From Hyphomicrobiales bacterium (lineage in GTDB: Bacteria > Pseudomonadota > Alphaproteobacteria > Rhizobiales > RI-29), in NCBI GenBank assembly GCA_016125495.1, contig WGLQ01000012.1, positions 6,925-70,924 of the forward strand: a DNA stretch of 64,000 bases. The letters run 5' to 3'. The position numbers and the translations under genes are program-made. The notes under the pieces were generated by a model, which was not told the origin of the DNA, did not search any database, and saw only the letters and a program-made list of their open reading frames with translations. Shown here one piece after another: positions 11,455 through 21,668 of this stretch (position 1 is its first letter; each line of letters begins with the position of its first letter).

Positions 11455-13656
11455 ATGTTTGATATCGTACGGGAAGAGATCGAGTGGGGCGGCCGCAAGC
11501 TGTCGTTCGAGACGGGCCGCATCGCCCGCCAGGCGAACGGAGCGGTGCTCGTCCAGTACGGCGAGACATCGGTACTCGCGACGGCGGTGGCCGCGCGCAG
11601 CGCCAAGCCGGGGCAGGATTTCTTCCCGCTGACCGTGAACTACCAGGAAAAGACTTTTGCCGCCGGCAAGATTCCGGGCGGCTTCTTCAAGCGCGAGGGG
11701 CGGCCGAGCGAAAAGGAGATCCTCACCTCGCGCCTGATCGACCGTCCGATCCGCCCGCTGTTCGCACCGGGCTTCAAAAACGAGACACAGGTCGTCGTAA
11801 CGGTACTCTCGCATGACCTCGAGAACGATCCCGACATCGTCGCGATGGTCGCTGCTTCCGCAGCCCTCACCATCTCAGGCATTCCCTTCCTCGGCCCCAT
11901 CGGCGGTGCCCGCGTCGGCCTGATCGATGGCGCCTTCGTGCTCAACCCGATGCTCGGCGAGATTGCCCTCTCGGGCCTCGACCTCGTCGTGGCCGGCACT
12001 GCCGACGCGGTGCTGATGGTCGAATCCGAGGCCAAGGAGCTGAGCGAGGAGGACATGCTCGGCGCCGTCATGTTCGGCCACCGCGAGATGCAGCCGGTGA
12101 TCGATACGATCATCCGGCTAGCCGAGCGGGCGGCAAAGGATCCCTGGCCGCTTTCCGTGAGCGAGACGGACGACCTCAAGTCCAAGGTTCGTGAGATTGC
12201 CGAGGCCGACCTGCGCGACGCCTTCGCGACGGCCGAGAAGATGGTGCGTCAAGACAAGGTCTCGGCGGCCAAGAAGAAGGTGTTCGAGGCCCTCCTGCCG
12301 GCCGGCGCATCGCCGGACGACACTGTCCGCCTCTCCGACGTCTTCAAGGAACTCGAGTCCGACATCGTTCGGGGCGACATCCTGCGCACCAAGCGGCGCA
12401 TCGACGGCCGCGACCTGACGACCGTTCGCCCGATCGTGAGCGCGGTCGGCATTCTGCCGCGCACGCACGGCTCGGCACTGTTTACGCGTGGCGAGACGCA
12501 GGCCCTCGTGGTCGCGACCCTCGGCACCGGTGAGGACGAGCAGTTCATCGACGCACTCGAAGGTACCTACAAGGAGGCCTTCCTCCTGCACTACAACTTC
12601 CCGCCCTACTCCGTCGGCGAGGCTGGCCGCATGGGCTCGCCCGGTCGCCGCGAGATCGGTCACGGCAAGCTCGCCTGGCGCGCCGTGCGCCCATTGCTCC
12701 CCGCCAAGGAGGAGTTCCCCTACACGATCCGCCTCGTCTCGGAGATCACCGAGTCGAACGGCTCGTCCTCGATGGCGACGGTGTGCGGCTCCTCGCTCGC
12801 CCTGATGGACGCGGGCGTACCTCTGAAGCGCCCGGTCGCAGGTATCGCCATGGGCCTCATCAAGGAGGCGGAGGGCTTTGCCGTCCTCTCCGACATCCTC
12901 GGCGACGAGGATCACCTCGGCGACATGGACTTCAAGGTCGCCGGCACGGCCGATGGCGTCACCTCGCTGCAGATGGACATCAAGATCACGGGCATCACCG
13001 AGGAGATCATGAAGGTCGCCCTCGATCAGGCCAAGCACGGACGCCTGCACATCCTCGGCGAGATGGCCAAGGCGCTGACCGAGAACCGCGGTGAACTCGG
13101 CCAGTATGCGCCGCGCATCGAGACCATCACCATTCCGGTCGACAAGATCCGCGAGGTCATCGGCTCGGGCGGTTCGGTGATCCGGGCCCTCGTCGAGGAA
13201 ACCGGCGCCAAGATCGACATCAGCGACGACGGCACGGTCAAGATCGCGGCGGCACGCCAGGAATCCATCAAGGCGGCGGTCGACCGCATCAAGGGCATCA
13301 CCTCCGAGCCCGAGGTCGGCCAGATCTACAAGGGCAAGATCGTCAAGGTGATGGACTTCGGCGCCTTCGTGAACTTCTTCGGCCCGAAGGACGGCCTCGT
13401 CCACATCTCCCAGCTCGTCGCCGACCGTCGGCCGGAGACGACCGCCGAGGTCGTCAAGGAGGGCCAGGAAGTCTACGTCAAACTGCTCGGCTTCGACGAT
13501 CGCGGCAAGGTGCGCCTGTCGATGAAAGTCGTCGATCAGTCGACCGGTCTCGAGATCCCGCGCGCCGAAGGCGAGGAGGGTGGGGATGACGAAGGCGGTG
13601 GAGGCGGTGGTGGTGAACGCCGCGATCGCCGTCCGCGTCGCCCGCGCCGCGACTGA
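11455..13656 (+). CDS. pnp: Polyribonucleotide nucleotidyltransferase (PNPase)
   Basis: [31 protein letters not shown], two RNase PH domains, KH ([15 protein letters not shown]) and S1 ([15 protein letters not shown]). ATG at 11455. The upstream part of ORF 10906.. overlaps rpsO out of frame. Confidence 0.98.
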   Translation: MFDIVREEIEWGGRKLSFETGRIARQANGAVLVQYGETSVLATAVAARSAKPGQDFFPLTVNYQEKTFAAGKIPGGFFKREGRPSEKEILTSRLIDRPIRPLFAPGFKNETQVVVTVLSHDLENDPDIVAMVAASAALTISGIPFLGPIGGARVGLIDGAFVLNPMLGEIALSGLDLVVAGTADAVLMVESEAKELSEEDMLGAVMFGHREMQPVIDTIIRLAERAAKDPWPLSVSETDDLKSKVREIAEADLRDAFATAEKMVRQDKVSAAKKKVFEALLPAGASPDDTVRLSDVFKELESDIVRGDILRTKRRIDGRDLTTVRPIVSAVGILPRTHGSALFTRGETQALVVATLGTGEDEQFIDALEGTYKEAFLLHYNFPPYSVGEAGRMGSPGRREIGHGKLAWRAVRPLLPAKEEFPYTIRLVSEITESNGSSSMATVCGSSLALMDAGVPLKRPVAGIAMGLIKEAEGFAVLSDILGDEDHLGDMDFKVAGTADGVTSLQMDIKITGITEEIMKVALDQAKHGRLHILGEMAKALTENRGELGQYAPRIETITIPVDKIREVIGSGGSVIRALVEETGAKIDISDDGTVKIAAARQESIKAAVDRIKGITSEPEVGQIYKGKIVKVMDFGAFVNFFGPKDGLVHISQLVADRRPETTAEVVKEGQEVYVKLLGFDDRGKVRLSMKVVDQSTGLEIPRAEGEEGGDDEGGGGGGGERRDRRPRRPRRD

Positions 13657-13716
13657 CCCGATCCATGCACTGGGCGCCGGTCCGTCCGAAAGGGCGGGTC
13701 GGCGACCTTGCGAGTT

Positions 13717-14625
13717 CTATTGGCGCAGGGCCTCTGCGTCGATGACGACACGCCCGCCGTCTTTAGCCTCGTCCTGCCCGATGCCGAAGATGCTCCATCC
13801 GCTCGAGACCGGCGCCCGGGCTCCCAGGCGCAGGAGTCGTTCGATCGCCTCGCTCGCCGCCAGCGTCGGCTCGTGCGCGAGTTGCTCGATCAGGTAGGCG
13901 CCAACCGCCGCCAGACCCCGCCCATCGAACTGTGGACCGCCGGCCCCGAATGCGATGACGACCTCGCCATGCCGGTCCGCCGGGGCGCGCGTCCCGACTG
14001 CTTCGTCCGCGCCACCGATCCGTTCGTCGATCAGCACGATGTTCGCCGGCGGCGACTGCTCGATGGCCCGTCGGGCGGCTTCGGGGATGACCTCCGGGCG
14101 GCTTTCGACGGCGGGTGCGACGACGATGACGTTCGGCAGGCTCTGGGCCGCCAACAGCAGGGTCTCCCGCCCCAGTCCCTCGGCGAGCGCTCGCGTGACG
14201 ATGAGCAGCCGCCCTGGATTCTGTCCGGCATGTCCCAGCATGGCGCCGAAACCGTCGAGATCGCCCGGCCTGATGCGATATGGCGCAACGCTCGCCTCGG
14301 CATTGGCGAGCAGCACGGCGAGTGCCACGGCGTCGGCACTGGTTGCACCGGGATCGTCCGGATAGGGCTGCAGGTCGCCGTCGACCTGGTCGAAACCGAT
14401 GATCAGCCCTTCCCCGTCCCGGGCAAGGCGGTTCGCCAGTTCCGGCCGTGTGTAGTTGATGCCCGGACCGAACAGCGAAAAGACGATGCGCCCTCGATCG
14501 ATGCCGATAGGCACCGGCGGGTTCTCGCCCGCAGCGCCCGCGGCGCCACCCCACGATGCCGTCGGCACGACCAGCAGCCAAGTGGCCGCGGACCACCGGC
14601 GAATGCCCCGAAATCCGCCCTTCAT
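13717..14625 (-). CDS. Secreted subtilase (S8)-fold protein with the catalytic residues apparently substituted (putative pseudopeptidase)
   Basis: Signal-like N-terminus MKGGFRGIRRWSAATWLLVVPTASWGG. A by-eye alignment to subtilisin blocks gives FGPGINYTRPEL vs IDSGIDSSHPDL, DDPGATSADAVALAV vs NNSHGTHVAGTVAA, VIVVAPAVE vs VVVAAAGNE, and GRGLAAVGAYL vs GTSMASPHVAG. The D, H, N and S positions are all replaced. Confidence 0.5.
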   Translation of the reverse strand: MKGGFRGIRRWSAATWLLVVPTASWGGAAGAAGENPPVPIGIDRGRIVFSLFGPGINYTRPELANRLARDGEGLIIGFDQVDGDLQPYPDDPGATSADAVALAVLLANAEASVAPYRIRPGDLDGFGAMLGHAGQNPGRLLIVTRALAEGLGRETLLLAAQSLPNVIVVAPAVESRPEVIPEAARRAIEQSPPANIVLIDERIGGADEAVGTRAPADRHGEVVIAFGAGGPQFDGRGLAAVGAYLIEQLAHEPTLAASEAIERLLRLGARAPVSSGWSIFGIGQDEAKDGGRVVIDAEALRQ

Positions 14626-14718
14626 CTTCGGCACTCCGCAGCTCGGTGCGACCGGCGAATCGTTTGCACTGATCATCGTATAAGTACGGCGTCCGGCAAC
14701 GGTATGGCGACGACAGCG

Positions 14719-15252
14719 CTACCGGCGTCCGATCACCAGGCCGAGTTTTTCCACGACGAGGTTGGCGATGTCCTCGATCGCATCGAGAGAAAGCACTGGC
14801 AGCCCGAAGCTTTCCTCGACCTCGTGGTCGGCGGCGATCGCGATCACATTCGGGTCGCGCCCGGCGAGCGCCGTTCCCTTTCCGCCTTCACGGCGCCGCG
14901 CCTCGATCTTGGGCACGGGGTGGGACTTGTAGCCCTCGACCACGATCACATCGGCCGGCTCGAGCATTGCGATGACCCGATCGAAGTCCGGCTCCGGTGC
15001 CCCGTCGAGTTCGCGGATGAGCGCCCAACGCTCGTTGGAGACGACGGCGACCTGCCGCGCGCCGGCCGCCCGGTGGCGGGCGCTGTCCTGCGTGCCATCG
15101 TCGATGCGGAAATTGTGGTGCGCATGCTTGACGCTCGAAACGCGATAGCCACGCGCCGTGAGCGAGGCGATGAGGCGGATCGCGAGTGTCGTCTTGCCGG
15201 AGTTCTTCCATCCGACCACGGCAACGACCGGGGAGTGGTATCGTTGCGTCAC
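14719..15252 (-). CDS. mobB: Molybdopterin-guanine dinucleotide biosynthesis adaptor protein MobB
   Basis: VVAVVGWKNSGKTTL P-loop, SVKHAHH and VIVVEGYK. The GTG start overlaps the mobA stop (GTGA). Confidence 0.9.
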   Translation of the reverse strand: MTQRYHSPVVAVVGWKNSGKTTLAIRLIASLTARGYRVSSVKHAHHNFRIDDGTQDSARHRAAGARQVAVVSNERWALIRELDGAPEPDFDRVIAMLEPADVIVVEGYKSHPVPKIEARRREGGKGTALAGRDPNVIAIAADHEVEESFGLPVLSLDAIEDIANLVVEKLGLVIGRR

Positions 15253-15893
15253 GACGTGGCCCCGCCGCCGATGAGGGCCTCCGCCTCGGCCAGTTCCTCG
15301 GGCGTATTGGCATTGAAGAATGGATCGATGTCGATGGCCCCGATCCGGGTCGGCGCGAAATCGACCGCGGTCGTGTCGTGCCGGTCGGTCCAGTCGAGCA
15401 CCTTTCGGATGCCGGCCTCGAGCGCCGATCTGAGATCGCCCGCCAGCGCCACCGGCCAGAGCCCGACCACGGGATGCACCCGCCCCCCCGATCTTGCCAG
15501 CACGACCCGCTCCGTACGGCCGTCGAGACGGCTCTGCAACGCGGCGACGAGGTCGCGTGGAAGGAACGGCGCGTCGCTCGGTACGCTGACGATGTGGCTC
15601 GCCGTCGGCCGATCGGTACGTGTCCATTCGAGGCCCGCGAGCACGCCGACGAGGGGGCCGGCGAAGCCCTCGATGGGGTCTGCGATCACGGTGCGCCCGA
15701 ACGGGGCGAACCGCTCCGCATCGCCATTGGCGTTGATCACGATGTCGCCCACCTGGTCCGAGAGCCGTTCGAGCACGTGCGCGAGCATCGGCCGGCCGGC
15801 CAGCGGCCTGAGGCACTTGTCGCCGCCGCCCATGCGCCGCGAGAGCCCGCCTGCCAGGACGAGCGCGACGATCCCGTTGCCCGCCCCGGTCAT
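15249..15893 (-). CDS. mobA: Molybdenum cofactor guanylyltransferase MobA
   Basis: IVALVLAGGLSRRMGGGDKCL..LAGRPML, plus SVPSDAPFLP. Confidence 0.92.
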   Translation of the reverse strand: MTGAGNGIVALVLAGGLSRRMGGGDKCLRPLAGRPMLAHVLERLSDQVGDIVINANGDAERFAPFGRTVIADPIEGFAGPLVGVLAGLEWTRTDRPTASHIVSVPSDAPFLPRDLVAALQSRLDGRTERVVLARSGGRVHPVVGLWPVALAGDLRSALEAGIRKVLDWTDRHDTTAVDFAPTRIGAIDIDPFFNANTPEELAEAEALIGGGATS

Positions 15894-16894
15894 TCGCCTC
15901 CCCCGCCTGTATCGGCATCGCCGTCGGCGTCGCGATCACGCGCGCCCTTGCGTCGATGTTTGGGATCCTCCTCGCCGCCGAGACGCGTGTCCGCGTCGAA
16001 CACGATCCGCTCGGGGCCGGACAGCGCCACAAAGCGGTGACCACGGGCCCGTCCGATGAGCGTCAGCCCCGCCCGCCGGGCTAGATCCACGCCCCACGCC
16101 GTGAAGCCGGAGCGCGAAACCAGGATCGGCAAACGCATTTTCACGGTCTTGATGACCATTTCGCTGGTCAATCGCCCGGTCGTATAGAAGATCTTGTCGT
16201 CCGGCCGGATACCCTGGAGGAACATTATTCCAGCGATCGTGTCGACCGCGTTGTGGCGCCCGACATCCTCGACGAAGATCAGCGGATCGTCGCGCCGGCA
16301 GAGCACCGAGCCGTGAATCGCGCCCGCTTTGAGATAGAGGCTCGGCTCGGTGTTGATCGCCTTGGCGAGGCCGTAGAGCCAGGACGTCTTGATGCGTGCA
16401 TCGGGCGACAGACGCACTTGATCGAATGCCTCCATCAGATCGCCGAACACGGTGCCCTGTGCGCAGCCCGACGTCTGCGTCTTCTTCTTGAGCTTCTCCT
16501 CGAAATCGGTCTTGCGCCGCGTCCGCACCACGACGGTCTCGATGTCGGCATCGTAGTCGACGGCCGTGATCCGGTCGTCCGCGAGCAGCATGTTCTGGTT
16601 GAGCAGATAGCCGACGGCCAGCGCCTCGGGCCTCGTCCCGATCGTCATCAGCGTCACGATTTCCTGGCCATTGAGAAAGAGCGTGATCGCGCGCTCGGTG
16701 ACGACCGGCGTCGTGACCGGCCGGCCGTCCTGGTCGATGCCTTCGACCAGGACGCTGGCCCTCGGATCGTCCGGGGCTGGCCTCATGCGCTCGATCGTCT
16801 CGCCCGCTTCTCGCCTATCGCCGCCCTCGACGGGCGTCGCGTCGACGCCGTCGCGGCCCTGCGCACCGTCCTGGATCATGCAACCTTCCTGCAC
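15890..16894 (-). CDS. fdhD: Formate dehydrogenase accessory sulfurtransferase FdhD
   Basis: TSGCAQGTVFG, EDVGRHNAVD, TTGRLTSEMVIK and LPILVSRSGFTAWGV. There are N- and C-terminal charged extensions. The stop overlaps the mobA start by 4 nt. The start may instead be ATG 16879. Confidence 0.9.
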   Translation of the reverse strand: MQEGCMIQDGAQGRDGVDATPVEGGDRREAGETIERMRPAPDDPRASVLVEGIDQDGRPVTTPVVTERAITLFLNGQEIVTLMTIGTRPEALAVGYLLNQNMLLADDRITAVDYDADIETVVVRTRRKTDFEEKLKKKTQTSGCAQGTVFGDLMEAFDQVRLSPDARIKTSWLYGLAKAINTEPSLYLKAGAIHGSVLCRRDDPLIFVEDVGRHNAVDTIAGIMFLQGIRPDDKIFYTTGRLTSEMVIKTVKMRLPILVSRSGFTAWGVDLARRAGLTLIGRARGHRFVALSGPERIVFDADTRLGGEEDPKHRRKGARDRDADGDADTGGGGE

Positions 16895-17140
16895 CCGGGA
16901 TGCTATTCGCGCGCCTATCGTAATCGTGGCGGCGCGGTCCCACTTGGGAAATCATAGCGCGTCGCCCCCCGCCTGCACATATTCGATCTGATGAGGGGGC
17001 ACGGGCGCCCGGGCAGCGGCGGCGCGGTCGAGAGTGGATCGGCGCGGCGCTCGTTGGCCAAGCGGTGGGAACATGCTTAGGGTGGCCGTCGCGCGATGGG
17101 GCGCGATCGACGAGGCGGATCGACAAGGCGGGTTGAGCGA

Positions 17141-18316
17141 ATGAGCGCTGGTTTGACGAAGGATGCGGTGATCGCGGCGTTGCGGCGCATCAAGGGCCCC
17201 GACCTCGAGGGCAATCTCATCGATCTCGGCCTCGTGTCCGAGATCGTGATCGCCAACGGCAAGGTCTATTTCGCGATCACGGTGGACCCGGAGCGAGCCG
17301 AGGAGTTGGATGCTCTTCGTGAGGCGGCCGAAAAGGTCGTGGCACAGATTCCGGGCGTCGAGACCGTGAACGCGGTTTTGACCGCCGAGCGCGCGCAGGG
17401 TGCGGCGAGCCCGCCTCCACGCCGGCCGGCCTCTGCCCCGGCAGCGCCCGCTGCACCGGCGAGGGGCTCGGCGCCCGCTTCCGGTGGACAGCAGGCAGCG
17501 CGCGCTGGCGTTCCGGGCGTGCGCCACATCATCGCGGTCGCCTCCGGCAAGGGCGGTGTCGGCAAATCGACCACGTCGGTCAACCTCGCTCTGGCGCTCA
17601 AGGCGAACGGTCTTTCGGTCGGCATCCTCGATGCCGACATCTACGGTCCGTCCATGCCGCGCCTCCTCGGCATCAGCGGCCGGCCCCAGGCGGCAGGCGG
17701 CAATCTGCTGCGCCCGCTCGAGGGCTATGGCGTCAAGGTGATGTCGATCGGCTTCCTGGTGGACGAGGCAACGCCGGTGATCTGGCGCGGCCCCATGGTC
17801 ATGTCGGCGCTGACGCAGATGCTGCGCGAGGTGCTGTGGGGTGAACTCGATGTCATCGTCGTCGACATGCCGCCCGGCACGGGCGATGCGCAATTGACCA
17901 TGGCCCAGCAGGTGCCCTTGTCCGGCGCCGTGATCGTCTCGACGCCGCAGGATCTCGCCCTCATCGACGCCCGCAAGGGACTTGCCATGTTCCGGCAGGT
18001 CGACGTGCCGGTGCTCGGGATCATCGAGAACATGAGTTACTTCCTTTGCCCGAGCTGCGGCGAGCGCGCCGAGATCTTCGGGCACGGGGGCGCCCGCCTC
18101 GAGGCGACCAAGCTCGGCGTTCCGTTCCTCGGCGAGATCCCGCTGCACATGGAAATCCGCGCCAAGTCCGACAGCGGCCAGCCCGTCGCCGCCGTCGCTC
18201 CCGACAGCCCCCATGCTCGAATCTATCGCGAGATCGCGGCCAAGGTCTGGGCATCCCTTTCGGGGGGTGAGGGCGCCGGCGGCCGCAAGGCGGCTCCGCG
18301 CATCGTCATCGAGTGA
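17141..18316 (+). CDS. apbC: Fe-S cluster carrier ATPase Mrp/ApbC
   Basis: N-terminal MIP18-like domain, a Pro/Ala-rich linker, IIAVASGKGGVGKSTTSVNLA, DADIYGPS and the CPSCG motif. Confidence 0.93.
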   Translation: MSAGLTKDAVIAALRRIKGPDLEGNLIDLGLVSEIVIANGKVYFAITVDPERAEELDALREAAEKVVAQIPGVETVNAVLTAERAQGAASPPPRRPASAPAAPAAPARGSAPASGGQQAARAGVPGVRHIIAVASGKGGVGKSTTSVNLALALKANGLSVGILDADIYGPSMPRLLGISGRPQAAGGNLLRPLEGYGVKVMSIGFLVDEATPVIWRGPMVMSALTQMLREVLWGELDVIVVDMPPGTGDAQLTMAQQVPLSGAVIVSTPQDLALIDARKGLAMFRQVDVPVLGIIENMSYFLCPSCGERAEIFGHGGARLEATKLGVPFLGEIPLHMEIRAKSDSGQPVAAVAPDSPHARIYREIAAKVWASLSGGEGAGGRKAAPRIVIE

Positions 18317-18376
18317 GGCACGGCGAACGGGCCGGTCGACCGGTCCGGACCACGAACGAGCGACTGGAGTTCCGCC

Positions 18377-18739
18377 ATGACCGCCGACGACATCTGGCCG
18401 ACAGAGCTTCGCCTCACCAGCGACAAGGCGCGCCTCGTCGTCGCCTTCGACAATGGCGAGAGCTACGAGCTTTCTGCGGAATACCTCCGCGTCATGAGCC
18501 CGAGCGCGGAAGTCCAGGGCCACGGCCGCGATCAGCGTGTCACCGTACCCGGCAAGCGCGGTGTCCGGATCGCCGGGCTCGAGCCGGTCGGCAACTACGC
18601 CGTGCGGATCAACTTCGACGATCGCCACTCGACCGGCCTCTATGCCTGGAAGTATCTGCGCGCGCTCGGTCGTGAGCATGCGACGCGCTGGGCCGAGTAT
18701 CTGGCCGAGCTCGAGGAGAAGGGCCTCGGGCGGGACTGA
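18377..18739 (+). CDS. DUF971 (gamma-butyrobetaine hydroxylase-like N-terminal) domain protein
   Basis: LSAEYLRVMSPSAEVQGHG, VGNYAVRINFDDRHSTGLYAWKYLRALG. Confidence 0.8.
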   Translation: MTADDIWPTELRLTSDKARLVVAFDNGESYELSAEYLRVMSPSAEVQGHGRDQRVTVPGKRGVRIAGLEPVGNYAVRINFDDRHSTGLYAWKYLRALGREHATRWAEYLAELEEKGLGRD

Positions 18740-18857
18740 AAACCGAACGACCTGGCGCTGGTGCCCTGCTCGCGCCTCCCCGCGGCCGGCGCCGTTTTTG
18801 CATTCTCCTCTCCGGTCCGCTAGCATGCCGACCTAGGCCCTGAGCAGCATAGGGAGA

Positions 18858-19883
18858 ATGGCCATGCTCCGTCGCCCCTCCACGTTCATCCTCGCCGGTC
18901 TTGTGGCATGGCTTCTCGCGGTCCTGTCGCTCCTGCCTGTCCTGCCGCCGGCCGCTGCCGCCGACGCGACCCCCAAGTATTTCTCCATCGGCACCGCCGG
19001 CTCGGCCGGGGTCTACTTCGTCGCTGGCAATGCGATCTGCCGCATGGTCTCCGTGGAGGCAGGAGAGGGTCGCGACGATGCGCGAGGCCATGGTCTGCGC
19101 TGTTCTGCCCCCTCGACCGCCGGCTCCATATACAACCTCGAGAAACTGCGTGAAGGCAACCTCGACTTCGCGATCGTGCAGTCCGACTGGCAGTATCATG
19201 CGGCCAACGGCACGGACCTCTTCGAAGGTCGCCCGATCGACGGTCTGAGGGTCGTATTTTCCATCCATGCCGAGCCGTTCCAGATACTGGCCCGAGGCGA
19301 CGCCGGTATTTCGTCCTGGTCCGATCTCGCTGGCCGTGCCGTCAACATCGGCAACCCGGAAAGCGGCCAGCAGGCGACGTTCCAGGCCCTGCTGTCGACC
19401 TATGGCGTCGGCAGGGAGTATTTCGGGCGCGTCTCCGAACTCGATTCGACCAAGCAGGCTGGCGCGCTCTGCCGCGGCGAGATCGATGCCTTCGCCTTCA
19501 TCGTCGGCGTTCCCAACGCCAGTGTCGCCGAGGCCGCCGACGGGTGCGATGCCGTTTTCGTCCCTCTCGCGGACCGCGAGGTCCAGATCATGGTCGAGGA
19601 GAATCCCTTTTTCGATTTTCTCTCTATTCCTGCCGGGTCCTATGCGACCGTCGGTGCGGATGTTCCGACTTTCGGCGTCACTGCGACGCTCGTCACCCGC
19701 GTCGACGTTCCGGACGACGTCGTTTATGAACTGGTCCGTGCCGTATTCGAGAACTTCGACGACTTTCGCCGCGAGCACCCGGCGTTCCGCGCGCTCACCC
19801 GCAAGGAGATGGTGACGCGCGGCATCTCGGCGCGTTTTCATCCAGGTGCCTTGCGCTATTACACCGAGAACGGGTTCTTTTGA
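18858..19883 (+). CDS. TAXI-family TRAP transporter solute-binding protein (no adjacent permease)
   Basis: Signal peptide, IGTAGSAGVYFVAGNAICRMV, GSIYNLEKLREGNLDFAIVQSD and FHPGALRYYTENGF. Confidence 0.85.
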   Translation: MAMLRRPSTFILAGLVAWLLAVLSLLPVLPPAAAADATPKYFSIGTAGSAGVYFVAGNAICRMVSVEAGEGRDDARGHGLRCSAPSTAGSIYNLEKLREGNLDFAIVQSDWQYHAANGTDLFEGRPIDGLRVVFSIHAEPFQILARGDAGISSWSDLAGRAVNIGNPESGQQATFQALLSTYGVGREYFGRVSELDSTKQAGALCRGEIDAFAFIVGVPNASVAEAADGCDAVFVPLADREVQIMVEENPFFDFLSIPAGSYATVGADVPTFGVTATLVTRVDVPDDVVYELVRAVFENFDDFRREHPAFRALTRKEMVTRGISARFHPGALRYYTENGFF

Positions 19884-20091
19884 CCGGCGCTGGCCGCCCT
19901 GGTTCGGGTCCGACCGCGGGAAGGCCAAGGCGACACTGTTTCGTAGTCGGGCCGAGGGCCAGGGTTTGGGATCCTGGCCGGGCATGCTAATTGCCATTCG
20001 GGCGCCCCATCCGCGTGATCGAGAAGCTTGACGCACACACCGAGGGGCTGTCCACGTCGGCGGACGGACATCGCAGTCGAGCGGCCCGATC

Positions 20092-21525
20092 ATGACAGAC
20101 GCATATCGGCTGGAAGCGGCAGGCAGCGCGCCCGGCACGACCGCCGGCGAGGAGAACGGTGCTGCCGTCGATGCCGCCGCGCGCACCGCCGAGACCGGGC
20201 AGCCGACGGTCCGGTCCAGCGATCGGTTCGAGGCAGCGCGTTCGGTTGCGGACCGGGTCCTCGATCGATTGGCCGTGCGCGGTTGGCTGCTCGCCGTTGC
20301 TGTGGCCGTGATCGTGCTGCTCGGCGTCAGATCCGGTCTTCCGGCGGGCGAAGTGGTCGTGGCGGTGGCCGTGGTATTGCTCGTCGCGTTGGTTCTGCCG
20401 CGCCACGGGTTGCCGCGCGAGAGCCCACTCGGAGCCGCCCGTGCCGCCCGAAGCCGCCACGGCATCCCGCTGCGCCAATGGGAGCACGTTCTCGCCGCGC
20501 TTCCGGACGCGGCAGTGCTGGTTTCCCAATACGGTTCGGTGCTCGCCGCCAATGGTTCGGCGCGCGACCTCATCGCCAATCTCGAAGCCGGAACGGACAT
20601 CTCGGCGCTCATCCGTGACCCCGATTTCCTCGATGCGATCGAGGAGGTTCAATCCGGCGGAGGTCCGCTGACCGTGCGCTATACCGAGCGCGTCCCGGTC
20701 GAACGCTTCCTGACGGCGACCGTTTCCCGGCTCGACCGCTCGAGCGGCCAAGCGGCTCAGCCCGACCTCCTCGTCACGTTCCGCGACGTCTCCGAGCAGC
20801 ATCGCCTCGAGCGCATGCGGGCCGACTTCGTCTCTTATGCCAGCCACGAATTGCGCACGCCGTTGGCATCGCTTCTCGGCTTCATCGAGACCCTGCGCGG
20901 GCGGGCGCGCGACGATGCGGCGGCCCGCGAGCGCTTCCTCGAGATCATGGCGGCCGAGGGCGCTCGGATGTCGCGACTCATCGACGATCTGCTCTCGCTC
21001 AGTCGCATCGAGATGAAGGCCCATTTGCCGCCGCGCGATCGCGTGGAACTGGCCGACGTCGCGCGCCACGTGCACGAGACGATGCTGCCGCTTGCCGACG
21101 ATCGATCCATGACGCTCGAACTCGAACTGGATGCTGACGGCGAGGATACCGAGGTTCGTGGCGAGCGCGATGATCTCGTGCAGGTGCTCCAGAACCTCGT
21201 CCAGAACGCGATCAAGTACGGCAACGAGCAAGGTCACGTCGCCATTCGGTTGCGGCTCGAGGGCCGTGGCTCGCGGACCCCTATTGTCGTCGTCGACGTG
21301 GTCGATGACGGTCCCGGAATCGCCGCCCATCATCTGCCGCGCCTGACCGAGCGCTTCTACCGGGTCGAGTCCGACGGCCGCTCGCGCCCCGGCGGCACGG
21401 GCCTCGGCCTCGCCATCGTCAAGCACATCCTCAATCGCCACCGTGGTGAGATTTCGATTCTGTCCACGCCTGGCCGTGGCTCGACGTTCAGCGTCCGGCT
21501 GCCTGCTCTCAACAAATCGCGATGA
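20092..21525 (+). CDS. phoR: Phosphate regulon sensor histidine kinase PhoR
   Basis: TM region, PAS-like segment, H-box RADFVSYASHELRTPLASLLGF, and N/G boxes (QNAIKYG, DDGPGI, GTGLGLAIVKH). It is directly upstream of pstSCAB-phoU-phoB. Confidence 0.9.
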   Translation: MTDAYRLEAAGSAPGTTAGEENGAAVDAAARTAETGQPTVRSSDRFEAARSVADRVLDRLAVRGWLLAVAVAVIVLLGVRSGLPAGEVVVAVAVVLLVALVLPRHGLPRESPLGAARAARSRHGIPLRQWEHVLAALPDAAVLVSQYGSVLAANGSARDLIANLEAGTDISALIRDPDFLDAIEEVQSGGGPLTVRYTERVPVERFLTATVSRLDRSSGQAAQPDLLVTFRDVSEQHRLERMRADFVSYASHELRTPLASLLGFIETLRGRARDDAAARERFLEIMAAEGARMSRLIDDLLSLSRIEMKAHLPPRDRVELADVARHVHETMLPLADDRSMTLELELDADGEDTEVRGERDDLVQVLQNLVQNAIKYGNEQGHVAIRLRLEGRGSRTPIVVVDVVDDGPGIAAHHLPRLTERFYRVESDGRSRPGGTGLGLAIVKHILNRHRGEISILSTPGRGSTFSVRLPALNKSR

Positions 21526-21526
21526 A

Positions 21527-21600
21527 TGAATTTATTGAAACAAAAACAATGGCTTGAAATGTCACACGCCAGTATTGCCGTTCGTCTAGAAGCCTCCTGA
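21527..21600 (+). promoter_or_regulatory. AT-rich pstS promoter region with a Pho-box-like TGTCAC half-site
   Basis: TGAATGAATTTATTGAAACAAAAACAATGGCTTGAAATGTCACAC stands out against the GC-rich background. TGTCAC (21560-21565) matches a PhoB half-site, and the repeat 11 bp upstream (TGGCT) is degenerate. Confidence 0.3.
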
Positions 21601-21668
21601 GCCTAGGGCTCGGCGGGCGGCTGGAGGTCGCGGCCCGTCACGAACCCCGAATTCGAGGGAGAGCAGAA

